49,228 nt of DNA, from positions 1 through 49,228 of the forward strand of contig JAOUEU010000001.1 of NCBI GenBank assembly GCA_029858555.1. The letters run 5' to 3'. The position numbers and the translations under genes were made by a program. The DNA is from Candidatus Zixiibacteriota bacterium (lineage in GTDB: Bacteria; Zixibacteria; MSB-5A5; GN15; FEB-12). Under the pieces are notes generated by a model that searched no databases, had not been told where the DNA came from, and saw only the letters and a list, made by a program, of their open reading frames with translations. Of this stretch, positions 9,011 through 19,366 are shown in pieces (within the stretch, counting starts at the first letter, position 1; every line of letters starts with the position of its first letter).

Positions 9011-11569
9011 ATGGCTGAGGATAATAAGCACCAGGCACAGGGACAGGGCACCGTTACGCTGACTATCGACGGTCAGCAGACGACGGTCGCCAGGGGCACG
9101 ACCGTTCTCGAGGCCGCCCAGGCGTTGGGAATCAATATTCCCACCTTCTGCTGGCACTCGAAACTGAAGTCGGTCGGAGCCTGCCGGATGTGCTATGTGG
9201 AAATAGAAAAAATGGCCAAGCTGCAGGTGTCTTGCGCCACGGAAGCTGTTGACGGCATGGTAGTGCGCACTGATTCCGATCAGGTCAAGCAGGGCCGCCG
9301 AGCCATCATTGAGTTCATCCTCCTGAACCATCCCCTGGACTGCCCCACCTGTGACAAGGGCGGCGAGTGTGACCTTCAGAACCTGACTTTCGCGCATGGC
9401 ATTGATGACAGCCGGTTCGATTTTCAGAAGTACCGGTTCCGCGAAGAGGGTACCGCGTCTACGTTCGATGACGTTCGTATCGGCCCCGAGATTGTTCTCA
9501 ACCGGAACCGCTGTATCTTGTGTTACAAGTGCGTCCGGGCCAACAAGGAGGCTTTTGGCGAGTACGACCTGGGCGTCTACGAACGCGGGAACATAGCGGA
9601 GATCAATGCCGCCCCCGGTGAGCAGGTCGACAATCCTTATTCAGGCAACCTGGTGGAAATCTGCCCGGTGGGTGCGTTGACCAATACGGACTGGCGGTAC
9701 AAAATCAGGGTCTGGCTGACACAGACAACGCCGGCGGTCTGCAATTTCAACAGTTCCGGGGTCAATACCACTTTTTTTAAGGAAAACCACCAGAACCGGA
9801 TATTCCGGGTGACATCACGCCGTAACGATGGCATTGACGACGGCTGGCTGTCGGATGTGACGCGCTATGGGTACCAGATTGTCAATTCCGCCGACCGCCT
9901 GAAGACACCTCTGGTCAAGAAAGAAGGCAAGCAGGTTCCGGCCTCCTGGGAGGAGGCGCTTGTCCTGATTCACCGGCGATTCAGCGAAATCAAAGACAAG
10001 AAAGGCAATGTGTGCATCGGCGGGCTGATTGAGCCAAGCCTGGACAACGCTTCCCTTTACAGCTTTTCGAAGTTCTTCAGGACGGTGTTGCCGTCTAACA
10101 ACATTGACTTCCGCAGCCACTACCGAATGCTTCCCCCGACGGCCGACAGCGTGTTCTCAAAGATGTGCGCACAGCCGTTTAAAATAGCTGATATCGACGA
10201 CTCCGATGTGATCGTCGCCTTCGGGACCGATTTGGTCAGAGAGCATCAAAACGAGTATCTGCGGATACGCAAGGCCCGGAACTTCCATGATGCCAGGATC
10301 TTTGCCGCCAACCCTTATCATGTGAAGTCGGCTGATGTGACCGAACTCGAGCTGGTGTATAGTGTCGGGACCGACGAGAGTTTCCTGAACGCTGTCTGTC
10401 TGGCCGCGATCGAAGAGAAGCTGACCGATTCGGCTGAGGCGGAGGCATACCGTCAGAAAGTGTCACCGTCCAGCCTCGACCAGGCGTCACGCGAGTGCGG
10501 GCTTGATAAGGAAGATTTGAAAAGTCTGGCCCGAGCGCTGGCCGGGGCTCGAAAAGTCACGTTCCTGGCCGGCGAGTTGGTCACTCGCTCAATCGCCCGG
10601 GAGGCAATTGCCGCCGCTCTGGCTAATCTGAACAGGTTGCTGGGGATTAACAGAAAAGGCCAGATGGCGATTCTGCCCCGCTATGCGAATTCGTTTGGCG
10701 CCGAAAAACTCGGGCTGCTGCCCTACCCCAGCGACAATCTTCGCCGCGAACTGACTTCCATGTGGGGTGAATTTCCGGATGCCGAGTCCCACAACACCGA
10801 CGCCATGATGGCTTTGATGAAAAAAGAAGAAATAAGCGGCTTTTTCGTCATGGGCAGCAATCCGGTCATGCTTTATCCCGATCGTGAATTCGCTCGCGAG
10901 GGTTTGGAGAAGCTGGAGTTCCTGGTCGCCTGCGATCTCTTTGAGACTGAGACTACGGCTATTGCCGATGTTGTACTGCCCTTGTGCAGTTGGGCCGAAT
11001 ACGACGGCGAATATGTCAACCTCGAAGGCAAGTCACAGAAATCCGTCCGCGCCGTGAAGCCGATTGGTGAAGCCAGACCCGGCTGCGAGATAATGAATAT
11101 GCTGGCTCCGAAGTTTGGCAAGGTGTTGTTTGAATCGGATGCGACCATGGCGGCGGAGATCGATCGTTTGCTGCAACTTGATGGTGCGCCTGAGCTGCCC
11201 TTCGAGTTTCTCCCGGTGGTTCGGGCCGAATTCGAGCGCGACGAGGCTTACCCTTATCCGCTTTTTGTCTGTGATGACCCTCATCACTCGGGACATCTTA
11301 CCGAGAAGGCGACCTCGCTTGCCAACTTCGTCGGCGAGGCTTATATTGAACTTTCGCCGGAGTCGGCGGCCAGGCATGATTTAAAGCAGGGAGACTCAGT
11401 CCGGGTGGAATCGAAAGTGGGCAAGGTCATTGTTCCGGCCAGAATCTCCGATCATATCGACAGCGATGCCGTGCTGATACCGAGGAATTTTTCCTCGACG
11501 CCGGTAACTTCCCTGCTGATGCGCAAGAAGAGACTGGATTGGGTGCGACTAAGCAAAGTGGATGTATAG
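9011..11569 (+). CDS. nuoG: NADH-quinone oxidoreductase subunit G (75-kDa Fe-S subunit with molybdopterin-like domain)
   Basis: TLTIDGQ...IPTFCWH...GACRMCYVE (2Fe-2S), HPLDCPTCDKGGECDLQ (His-ligated N5) and CILCYKCVRA...ICPVGAL. I chose the ATG at 9011; the ORF-track start at 8969 overlaps the nuoF end. Confidence 0.92.
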   Translation: MAEDNKHQAQGQGTVTLTIDGQQTTVARGTTVLEAAQALGINIPTFCWHSKLKSVGACRMCYVEIEKMAKLQVSCATEAVDGMVVRTDSDQVKQGRRAIIEFILLNHPLDCPTCDKGGECDLQNLTFAHGIDDSRFDFQKYRFREEGTASTFDDVRIGPEIVLNRNRCILCYKCVRANKEAFGEYDLGVYERGNIAEINAAPGEQVDNPYSGNLVEICPVGALTNTDWRYKIRVWLTQTTPAVCNFNSSGVNTTFFKENHQNRIFRVTSRRNDGIDDGWLSDVTRYGYQIVNSADRLKTPLVKKEGKQVPASWEEALVLIHRRFSEIKDKKGNVCIGGLIEPSLDNASLYSFSKFFRTVLPSNNIDFRSHYRMLPPTADSVFSKMCAQPFKIADIDDSDVIVAFGTDLVREHQNEYLRIRKARNFHDARIFAANPYHVKSADVTELELVYSVGTDESFLNAVCLAAIEEKLTDSAEAEAYRQKVSPSSLDQASRECGLDKEDLKSLARALAGARKVTFLAGELVTRSIAREAIAAALANLNRLLGINRKGQMAILPRYANSFGAEKLGLLPYPSDNLRRELTSMWGEFPDAESHNTDAMMALMKKEEISGFFVMGSNPVMLYPDREFAREGLEKLEFLVACDLFETETTAIADVVLPLCSWAEYDGEYVNLEGKSQKSVRAVKPIGEARPGCEIMNMLAPKFGKVLFESDATMAAEIDRLLQLDGAPELPFEFLPVVRAEFERDEAYPYPLFVCDDPHHSGHLTEKATSLANFVGEAYIELSPESAARHDLKQGDSVRVESKVGKVIVPARISDHIDSDAVLIPRNFSSTPVTSLLMRKKRLDWVRLSKVDV

Positions 11570-11572
11570 ACG

Positions 11573-12595
11573 ATGTTTGAAATTGCCCTGTTATCATCGA
11601 TAAAGGTCGTCATCGTCATTGTGGCGATGTTGACCGGGTGTGCCTGGTCCACGTACCTGGAGCGAAAACTCCTGGGGCATTTGCAGCATCGTATGGGACC
11701 CTCTTACGCCGGTCCATACGGCCTCTTGCAGCCCGTCGCAGACGGCCTGAAGCTCATTTTCAAAGAAGATATCGTACCCGACAACGTTGAGAAGATCATA
11801 TATACCCTGGCGCCCATGATCGCGTTCGTGCCGGCTCTCCTGACCTTTGCCGTTATTCCGTTCGGAATCGACCTCACTTTGTTTGGTCACGAAGTGAAAA
11901 TGGTTATCTCGGACCTGAACATCGGCGTGTTGTTTGTCTTTGCCGTGACCTCGCTGGGCGTGTACGGGCTGGTGCTGGCCGGCTGGTCTTCGGGCTCCAA
12001 GTATTCGTTTCTGGGCGGCATTCGTTCATCGGCTCAGATGATTTCTTACGAGGTCAGCTATGGCCTGTCAATCATCGGCGTCATCCTGGTGGCCAACACC
12101 CTGTCGCTGCGGGAACTGGTCGAACAGCAGGCTACGGATTCGGTATGGTTTTTCGCCGGCTGGAACATATGGAAACAGCCTCTGGGCTTTCTTTTGTACA
12201 TCATCTGTGCCATTGCGGAGACCAACCGGGCGCCGTTTGACCTGCCCGAGTGTGAGTCGGAGCTGGTGGCCGGATACCAAACGGAATATTCGTCGATGAA
12301 GTTCGCCACTTTCTACGTGGGCGAGTATGCCAACATGCTGGCGGTGGCGTCGGTGGCGGCCACTCTCTTTTTCGGCGGCTGGCAGGGGCCTTTCCTGCAG
12401 GCCGCACCGTGGCTGTCGGTAGTCTGGTTCGTTCTTAAGGTGTTCCTGTTTATGTGCGTGTATATCTGGTTGCGAGCCACGTTTCCGCGGTTCCGTTATG
12501 ACCAGTTGATGAATTTTGGATGGAAGATTCTGTTACCGTTGGCTCTTCTAAACACGATGGTAACGTCGTTGTTGGTGGTTCTGGGATGGTTTTAA
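11573..12595 (+). CDS. nuoH: NADH-quinone oxidoreductase subunit H
   Basis: Motifs ERKLLGHLQHRMGP, GLLQPVADGLKL and AETNRAPFDLPECESELVAGY are NuoH/ND1 signatures. Confidence 0.94.
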   Translation: MFEIALLSSIKVVIVIVAMLTGCAWSTYLERKLLGHLQHRMGPSYAGPYGLLQPVADGLKLIFKEDIVPDNVEKIIYTLAPMIAFVPALLTFAVIPFGIDLTLFGHEVKMVISDLNIGVLFVFAVTSLGVYGLVLAGWSSGSKYSFLGGIRSSAQMISYEVSYGLSIIGVILVANTLSLRELVEQQATDSVWFFAGWNIWKQPLGFLLYIICAIAETNRAPFDLPECESELVAGYQTEYSSMKFATFYVGEYANMLAVASVAATLFFGGWQGPFLQAAPWLSVVWFVLKVFLFMCVYIWLRATFPRFRYDQLMNFGWKILLPLALLNTMVTSLLVVLGWF

Positions 12596-12607
12596 GGATG
12601 GACGGCG

Positions 12608-13114
12608 ATGAATGAAGTATTAAAAGCGGTGGTAAACTCGGTTATCAAGACGCCCAAAGGCCTTCTGGTCACGCTCAAGCATCTTATCAAAAAACCCGTG
12701 ACGCTCGACTACCCGAAGCGCAAAAAGCCGATGGCCCCTCGCTACCGCGGCAAGCACTATCTCGAACGATACGACGATGGCAGCGAGCGTTGCGTCTGCT
12801 GCGGTCTCTGTGCGGCGGCGTGTCCGGCGGATGCAATCTATATGGAGCCGGAGGAGAACGAAAAAGGCGAGCGTCGGGCGCGGGTTTACGAAATCAACCT
12901 GCTGCGTTGTATCTTCTGCGGTTTCTGTGAAGAAGCCTGCCCGGAGGAGGCCATCTTTCTGGGGCAGGAATACGAGTTTTCCGACTACGATCGGAATTCG
13001 TTTATCTACACCAGGGAGCAAATGCTGGTGCCGCATCCGCGCAAAGACAATCCTTTCAAGCGCATGTTTCGGCGGGTGCGGAAAGTCTACGGAGTATCGG
13101 ACAGGATAAAATGA
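12608..13114 (+). CDS. nuoI: NADH-quinone oxidoreductase subunit I (2x 4Fe-4S)
   Basis: Two ferredoxin motifs: CVCCGLCAAACP and CIFCGFCEEACP. Confidence 0.93.
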   Translation: MNEVLKAVVNSVIKTPKGLLVTLKHLIKKPVTLDYPKRKKPMAPRYRGKHYLERYDDGSERCVCCGLCAAACPADAIYMEPEENEKGERRARVYEINLLRCIFCGFCEEACPEEAIFLGQEYEFSDYDRNSFIYTREQMLVPHPRKDNPFKRMFRRVRKVYGVSDRIK

Positions 13115-13713
13115 ATCTGGATACACTCATATTTCTGGCATCGGCCGTGATCGCTGTCTTCGGCGCAACCATGATGATATCACAGCGTAACCCGGTCGCC
13201 TCGGTACTCTACCTGATACTTTCTCTGCTGGCCCAGGCGGTTTTGTATGTCCAGCTGGGGGCCCTGTTCATGGCGGCGGTGCTTATCATCGTCTATGCCG
13301 GAGCCGTGCTCGTGTTGTTTCTCTTCGTCATCATGCTGCTTAATCTGCGCGGCCGCGAGGACCTCGGCCGACCGTCGCCCCCTTTCAATCGCATAACCAA
13401 GTACACGTTGTCGATCCTTTTCGTAGCACAGTTGGTGATGGTTGTGCGGAGCAGCATTTCCTCCAGCCTCTTCGTTAATATAAAGGACGTCAGTGTCATG
13501 TCGATGCTGCCCGCCGGTTTTGGTTCGGTCGAGGAGGTCGCCACGGTTCTCTTCCAGAAATATCTGTATCCGTTCGAGCTGGTGTCGGTGCTTATCCTGG
13601 CGGCCGTGGTCGGTGCCGTCCTGATGGCGAAGAAGGAGCGCGACGGAGAAGGGCCGCCCGGCGCGGATGCGCGCGGTTCCGTCGAAAATTTAACTGATAG
13701 GGTAACAAGGTAG
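13111..13713 (+). CDS. nuoJ: NADH-quinone oxidoreductase subunit J
   Basis: Hydrophobic ND6-like protein (VYAGAVLVLFLFVIMLL) at the expected operon position, with a 4-nt overlap with nuoI. Confidence 0.88.
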   Translation: MNLDTLIFLASAVIAVFGATMMISQRNPVASVLYLILSLLAQAVLYVQLGALFMAAVLIIVYAGAVLVLFLFVIMLLNLRGREDLGRPSPPFNRITKYTLSILFVAQLVMVVRSSISSSLFVNIKDVSVMSMLPAGFGSVEEVATVLFQKYLYPFELVSVLILAAVVGAVLMAKKERDGEGPPGADARGSVENLTDRVTR

Positions 13714-13715
13714 AA

Positions 13716-14018
13716 ATGGTTCCCGTCTCGGCATATCTGATTGTGGCCATCGTGCTGTTCGGTATCGGCACCATCGGCGTGCTCATATCGCGGAATGTCA
13801 TAATCATATTCATGTCCGTGGAATTGATGCTTAATGCCGCTAACCTTGTCCTGATAGCCTTTTCACGGGCCCTGAATGTGGTGGACGGCCACGTGTTCGT
13901 CTTTCTGGTGCTGTGCGTCGCCGCGGCCGAGGCGGCGGTGGGGCTGGCTATAATTATTACGCTGTATCGTAATCGCGATACGGTTAACATTGATCGCTTT
14001 GATTTGCTGAAATGGTAG
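13716..14018 (+). CDS. nuoK: NADH-quinone oxidoreductase subunit K
   Basis: 100 aa with three TM segments. Motifs MSVELMLNAANL and AAAEAAVGLAI are the ND4L signature. Confidence 0.93.
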   Translation: MVPVSAYLIVAIVLFGIGTIGVLISRNVIIIFMSVELMLNAANLVLIAFSRALNVVDGHVFVFLVLCVAAAEAAVGLAIIITLYRNRDTVNIDRFDLLKW

Positions 14019-14031
14019 GTCACGAGAGAGT

Positions 14032-15969
14032 ATGTCGGAGTACTTGTTTTTAGTCCCGCTTCTGCCGTTTTTCGGTTTTCTGGTAAACGGTCTGCTGTTA
14101 GGACGGCTGCCCAAGTCGGTCATATCGGCGGTCGCCTGCGGCACCGTGGGTATTTCGTTTATTCTCTCCATACTGTTGTTCTTCGAGTTAAAGGGCCTGC
14201 CGCCGGGCGCGCGCGTCATCGAACAAGTGCTCTTCACGTGGATTCCATCGGGAGACATGCTGCACACGAACGTAGGCTATCTGCTCGATCCCCTATCGGC
14301 CGTCATGATTCTTGTAGTAAGCGGCGTGGGCTTCCTGATTCACGTTTATTCGGTCGGCTACATGGGGCATGACGCCTCCTATGGCCGCTTTTTCACCTAC
14401 ATGAACCTGTTTACGTTCTCGATGCTTACCCTGGTGCTGGCCGACAATTTCCTGTTTATGTTCGTCGGGTGGGAAGGTGTCGGACTGTGTTCGTATCTGT
14501 TGATAGGTTTCTGGCACGAGCGCAAATCGGCTTCGGATGCGGGCAAGAAAGCATTCATAGTCAACCGCATCGGGGACTTCGGCTTTCTCATCGGCATTTT
14601 CCTGATTTTCTGGAATGTCGGCTCGCTGGATTTCCGGGTGGTGATGGAGCGTGCCCCGGAGGTCTTCGTGTTCGGCGGGGGGCTCATTACGGCCACCTGC
14701 ATACTTCTCTTCGTCGGGGCGATTGGCAAGTCGGCGCAGATTCCACTCTATGTGTGGCTGCCCGACGCCATGGAGGGCCCGACACCGGTCTCCGCCCTTA
14801 TCCATGCGGCAACTATGGTCACGGCGGGCGTCTACATGATTGCCCGCACTAACCTTTTGTACATGATGGCCCCGGACGCTCTCCTGGTGGTGGCCGTCAT
14901 CGGTGCCCTGACAGCCATCTACGCCGCGACTATCGGCCTGGCACAGAACGATATAAAAAGGGTCCTGGCCTATTCCACTGTCAGCCAGCTGGGCTATATG
15001 TTCCTGGCCTGCGGTGTCGCCTCTTTTACGGCCGGCATCTTTCATCTGATGACACACGCCTTTTTCAAGGCGTTGCTGTTCCTGGGAGCCGGCTCGGTGA
15101 TCCACGCCATGGCGAATGAACAGGATATGCGCAGAATGGGCGGCCTGCGTAAATACATGCCGGCGACATTCTGGACGTTCCTGTTCGCGACACTGGCGAT
15201 TTCCGGTATTCCCGGTTTCTCCGGGTTCTTCTCCAAGGATGAAATTCTCTGGAAATCTTTTTCGTCCGGTCATGGACACTGGCTTTTCTGGGTAATCGGT
15301 TTTGTGACCGCCGGCCTTACGGCCTTTTACATGTTCCGGCTTCTGTATTTGACGTTTTACGGCAAGGAGCGGATGGAGGAGTCGACGCGTTCGCATCTAC
15401 ACGAATCACCCCGAAGCATGACCGTCCCCCTGGTGGTGCTGGCGGTTCTGTCGCTGATCGGCGGCTGGGTGGGTATACCTCACATCCTGGGCGGCACCAA
15501 TTACTTTGAGGGCTGGATGGAGCCGGTCGTATCCGGCGGCCACGCCGCTGCCTCTCAGGCCCTGGCATCGGGAGGAGGCGATGCCGGTATGGAGGTGACG
15601 CTGATGGTAGTGTCGGTGGCGCTGGTGCTGGCCGCCATCTTTGGCGCCTATACCTTCTATAACAAGAGACCGGAACTGGCCACGGCCTGGCGGTCGAGAT
15701 TGTCCGGGGTGCACCACCTTCTTGTGAACAAGTATTTTGTCGATGAGATTTACGGGACGATCCTCGTGCGGCCGGTGGTCTATTTCTCGCTCTTCCTGTG
15801 GAAAGTCTTTGATGTCGTCTTCATCGACGGCTTTATCAACGGGGTGGCGAGTGTGTACAGCGACATCTCGGAGACGGTCCGCACCGCTCAAACCGGGCGG
15901 GTGCGCACTTATGCGACCGTCTTTCTTTTGGGCGTCGTTGTGATATTAGCGTACTTCATCTGGATATAG
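14032..15969 (+). CDS. nuoL: NADH-quinone oxidoreductase subunit L
   Basis: 645 aa, antiporter-like. Motifs include WEGVGLCSYLLIGFW, WLPDAMEGPTPVSALIHAATMVTAG and LAYSTVSQLGYM. Confidence 0.94.
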   Translation: MSEYLFLVPLLPFFGFLVNGLLLGRLPKSVISAVACGTVGISFILSILLFFELKGLPPGARVIEQVLFTWIPSGDMLHTNVGYLLDPLSAVMILVVSGVGFLIHVYSVGYMGHDASYGRFFTYMNLFTFSMLTLVLADNFLFMFVGWEGVGLCSYLLIGFWHERKSASDAGKKAFIVNRIGDFGFLIGIFLIFWNVGSLDFRVVMERAPEVFVFGGGLITATCILLFVGAIGKSAQIPLYVWLPDAMEGPTPVSALIHAATMVTAGVYMIARTNLLYMMAPDALLVVAVIGALTAIYAATIGLAQNDIKRVLAYSTVSQLGYMFLACGVASFTAGIFHLMTHAFFKALLFLGAGSVIHAMANEQDMRRMGGLRKYMPATFWTFLFATLAISGIPGFSGFFSKDEILWKSFSSGHGHWLFWVIGFVTAGLTAFYMFRLLYLTFYGKERMEESTRSHLHESPRSMTVPLVVLAVLSLIGGWVGIPHILGGTNYFEGWMEPVVSGGHAAASQALASGGGDAGMEVTLMVVSVALVLAAIFGAYTFYNKRPELATAWRSRLSGVHHLLVNKYFVDEIYGTILVRPVVYFSLFLWKVFDVVFIDGFINGVASVYSDISETVRTAQTGRVRTYATVFLLGVVVILAYFIWI

Positions 15970-15972
15970 CGA

Positions 15973-17550
<1,578 letters not shown>

Positions 17551-17554
17551 ACGC

Positions 17555-17767
17555 ATGGCCGACGTGACCATATATACCAAGGAAGGCTGCCCGTATTGCG
17601 AGGCGGCGAAAAAACATTACAACGACGAAGGTGTCGCCTTCAAGGAGATCGACGTTCATCAAAAGCCGGGCGCCAAAGAGAAAGTCCTGGAACTTACCGG
17701 CGGCCAGCGTATCGTGCCGGTGATCGTTGATGGCGCCGAAGTCAAAATCGGCTTTGGCGGCGGCTGA
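17555..17767 (+). CDS. Glutaredoxin-like protein (CPYC; YruB/NrdH-like); possible selenoprotein extending to 17776
   Basis: MADVTIYTKEGCPYCEAAKKHY...IVPVIVDGAEVKIGFGGG has a thioredoxin-fold CxxC motif and a cis-Pro VP motif. The ATG at 17555 lies 4 nt after the nuoM stop. The terminating TGA (17765-17767) is followed by GGG TTC TGA (see findings). Confidence 0.8.
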   Translation: MADVTIYTKEGCPYCEAAKKHYNDEGVAFKEIDVHQKPGAKEKVLELTGGQRIVPVIVDGAEVKIGFGGG

Positions 17768-17783
17768 GGGTTCTGAAGGCAGG

Positions 17784-17798
17784 CTGGCAGTTAGCCGG
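17784..17798 (+). other. Small hairpin 17 nt downstream of the glutaredoxin TGA (candidate minimal SECIS-like element)
   Basis: CTGGC (17784-17788), loop AGTTA, GCCGG (17794-17798). The stem is 5 bp including one G-U pair. The loop contains G-U, and its G lies 23 nt after the UGA. It is short and weak on its own, so this is only a candidate. Confidence 0.2.
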
Positions 17799-17812
17799 AC
17801 GAGTAAAATAGT

Positions 17813-19261
17813 ATGATAGATTTAGCATCGTTATCGGCCAATTTCGGTATTATTTCCCCGGAATTATCCCTGTTAATCGGGGCATCGCTTATCCTGCTGG
17901 TGGGCTATATAAAGAACCTGGGGAAGATCTGTTCTTCGATAGCGCTGCTCGCCTTGCTGCTCGCCCTGGTGTTTTCGTTGCACCAGTGGGGACGTCAGGT
18001 CTCGGGGTTTTTCGGAATGGTTACCTGCGACGGCTTTGGCGTGGCCTTCAAGATCATCTTCACGGTGGTGGCCATTCTCGCTCTGCTTATCGCTCATCGT
18101 TTCCTGACGGCGAAGCGGATAGAGCGCCCCGAGTTCTATGCCCTCTTGCTGATATCGACCGCCGGTATGATGGTTATGGCCAACACCACCGACCTGGTCG
18201 TGATGTTTATTGGTCTGGAGATCATGTCGGTGCCGCTGTACGTTCTGGCCGGATTCGCCCGCCGGTCGCTGGAGTCTAATGAAGCGAGTATTAAGTATTT
18301 TATCATGGGGGCGTTTGCCAGCGCTTTCCTGCTGATGGGTATTGCCTTTGTGTTTGGGGCGTCAGCCACGACCGACTTGCGCCGTATCGTCGCCGACTTC
18401 AGCTTCATCGTCTCCAACTCGCAGGCCTATATGTTCACCGGCGTTGCCCTCATTCTGATCGGCTTCGGCTTCAAGGTGGCGGCGGTGCCTTTCCACGCCT
18501 GGGTGCCTGATGTCTATCATGGCGCGCCGACACCCGTGACGGCCTTTTTCTCAGTGGGCCCGAAAGCGGCCGGCTTTGCCGTGTTGCTCAGGATATTCAC
18601 GTTCGGATTTGGAAGAATGGTCGAGCTTGACATGGTTTTCTGGGTACTGGCGGTGCTGACTATGACGGTCGGCAATGTCCTGGCGCTGCGGCAGGACAAC
18701 GTCAAACGCATGCTGGCCTATTCGTCCATTGCCCATGCCGGCTACATTCTGGTGGCCTTTGCCGTCGGCGGCGCCGAGGCTGTCTCGGCCGCTGTCTTCT
18801 ATCTGGTGGCTTATACCATGTTTAATCTCGGGGCCTTCGCCATCGTGACCCTGCTGGAAACCCGCAGCGGCTGCAAATCCGAGTTTTCAGAGTTGGCCGG
18901 TCTGTCGAAATCCAGCCCTTACCTGGCGGCGGTGCTGGCGCTGTTTATGTTCGCCCTGGCGGGTTTTCCACCGACGGTTGGTTTTGTAGGCAAATTTTAC
19001 ATATTTGCCGCGGCGGTCAAAAACGGGTATATCTGGCTGGCCGTGATTGGCGTTATGAATTCATTTGTCTCCGTGTACTACTATTTGCGGGTGATAAAAA
19101 CCAGTTGCCTCGACCACCACGAAGGCGCCTTTGTCCGCGCCCCTTATTCATTTTCTATAATTCTGGTCCTGTTCATCACCGTCATAGGGACGCTTGGCCT
19201 CGGATTCTTCCCACAACGGCTGCTGGAATTTTCGCAGGCGGCCATCTTTGCATTTCTGTAA
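17813..19261 (+). CDS. nuoN: NADH-quinone oxidoreductase subunit N
   Basis: 482 aa, ND2-like. Motifs GLEIMSVPLYVLAG, PFHAWVPDVYHGAPTPVTAF and LAYSSIAHAGY. It is the last gene of the operon. Confidence 0.93.
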   Translation: MIDLASLSANFGIISPELSLLIGASLILLVGYIKNLGKICSSIALLALLLALVFSLHQWGRQVSGFFGMVTCDGFGVAFKIIFTVVAILALLIAHRFLTAKRIERPEFYALLLISTAGMMVMANTTDLVVMFIGLEIMSVPLYVLAGFARRSLESNEASIKYFIMGAFASAFLLMGIAFVFGASATTDLRRIVADFSFIVSNSQAYMFTGVALILIGFGFKVAAVPFHAWVPDVYHGAPTPVTAFFSVGPKAAGFAVLLRIFTFGFGRMVELDMVFWVLAVLTMTVGNVLALRQDNVKRMLAYSSIAHAGYILVAFAVGGAEAVSAAVFYLVAYTMFNLGAFAIVTLLETRSGCKSEFSELAGLSKSSPYLAAVLALFMFALAGFPPTVGFVGKFYIFAAAVKNGYIWLAVIGVMNSFVSVYYYLRVIKTSCLDHHEGAFVRAPYSFSIILVLFITVIGTLGLGFFPQRLLEFSQAAIFAFL

Positions 19262-19366
19262 GCGTGTCCGCAGAAATCAACGAGCGCTTCTTGCTTGCGG
19301 CCCCGGCCCGGGGCAGCCTGAAGGTGAACCGGTCGGGAGATAACGGAGAAGACTCCGGCAGCGTGA

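Noticed and set aside
12620-13126. 168-aa minus-strand ORF almost exactly mirroring nuoI
   Set aside because: The sense frame carries two perfect CxxCxxCxxxCP ferredoxin motifs at the expected operon position. The mirror ORF is an antisense artefact.
14293-15396. 367-aa minus-strand ORF antisense to nuoL
   Set aside because: It lies wholly inside nuoL, whose sense frame carries unmistakable ND5 motifs. The antisense translation is Arg/His/Gly/Pro-rich low-complexity sequence, typical of shadow ORFs in GC-rich coding DNA.
19301-19315. GC-rich hairpin GCCCCG-GCC-CGGGGC between convergent nuoN and the OMP gene, considered as a bidirectional terminator
   Set aside because: There is no adjacent T-tract on either strand, and the loop is only 3 nt. 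It may still slow transcription, but it does not meet intrinsic-terminator criteria.
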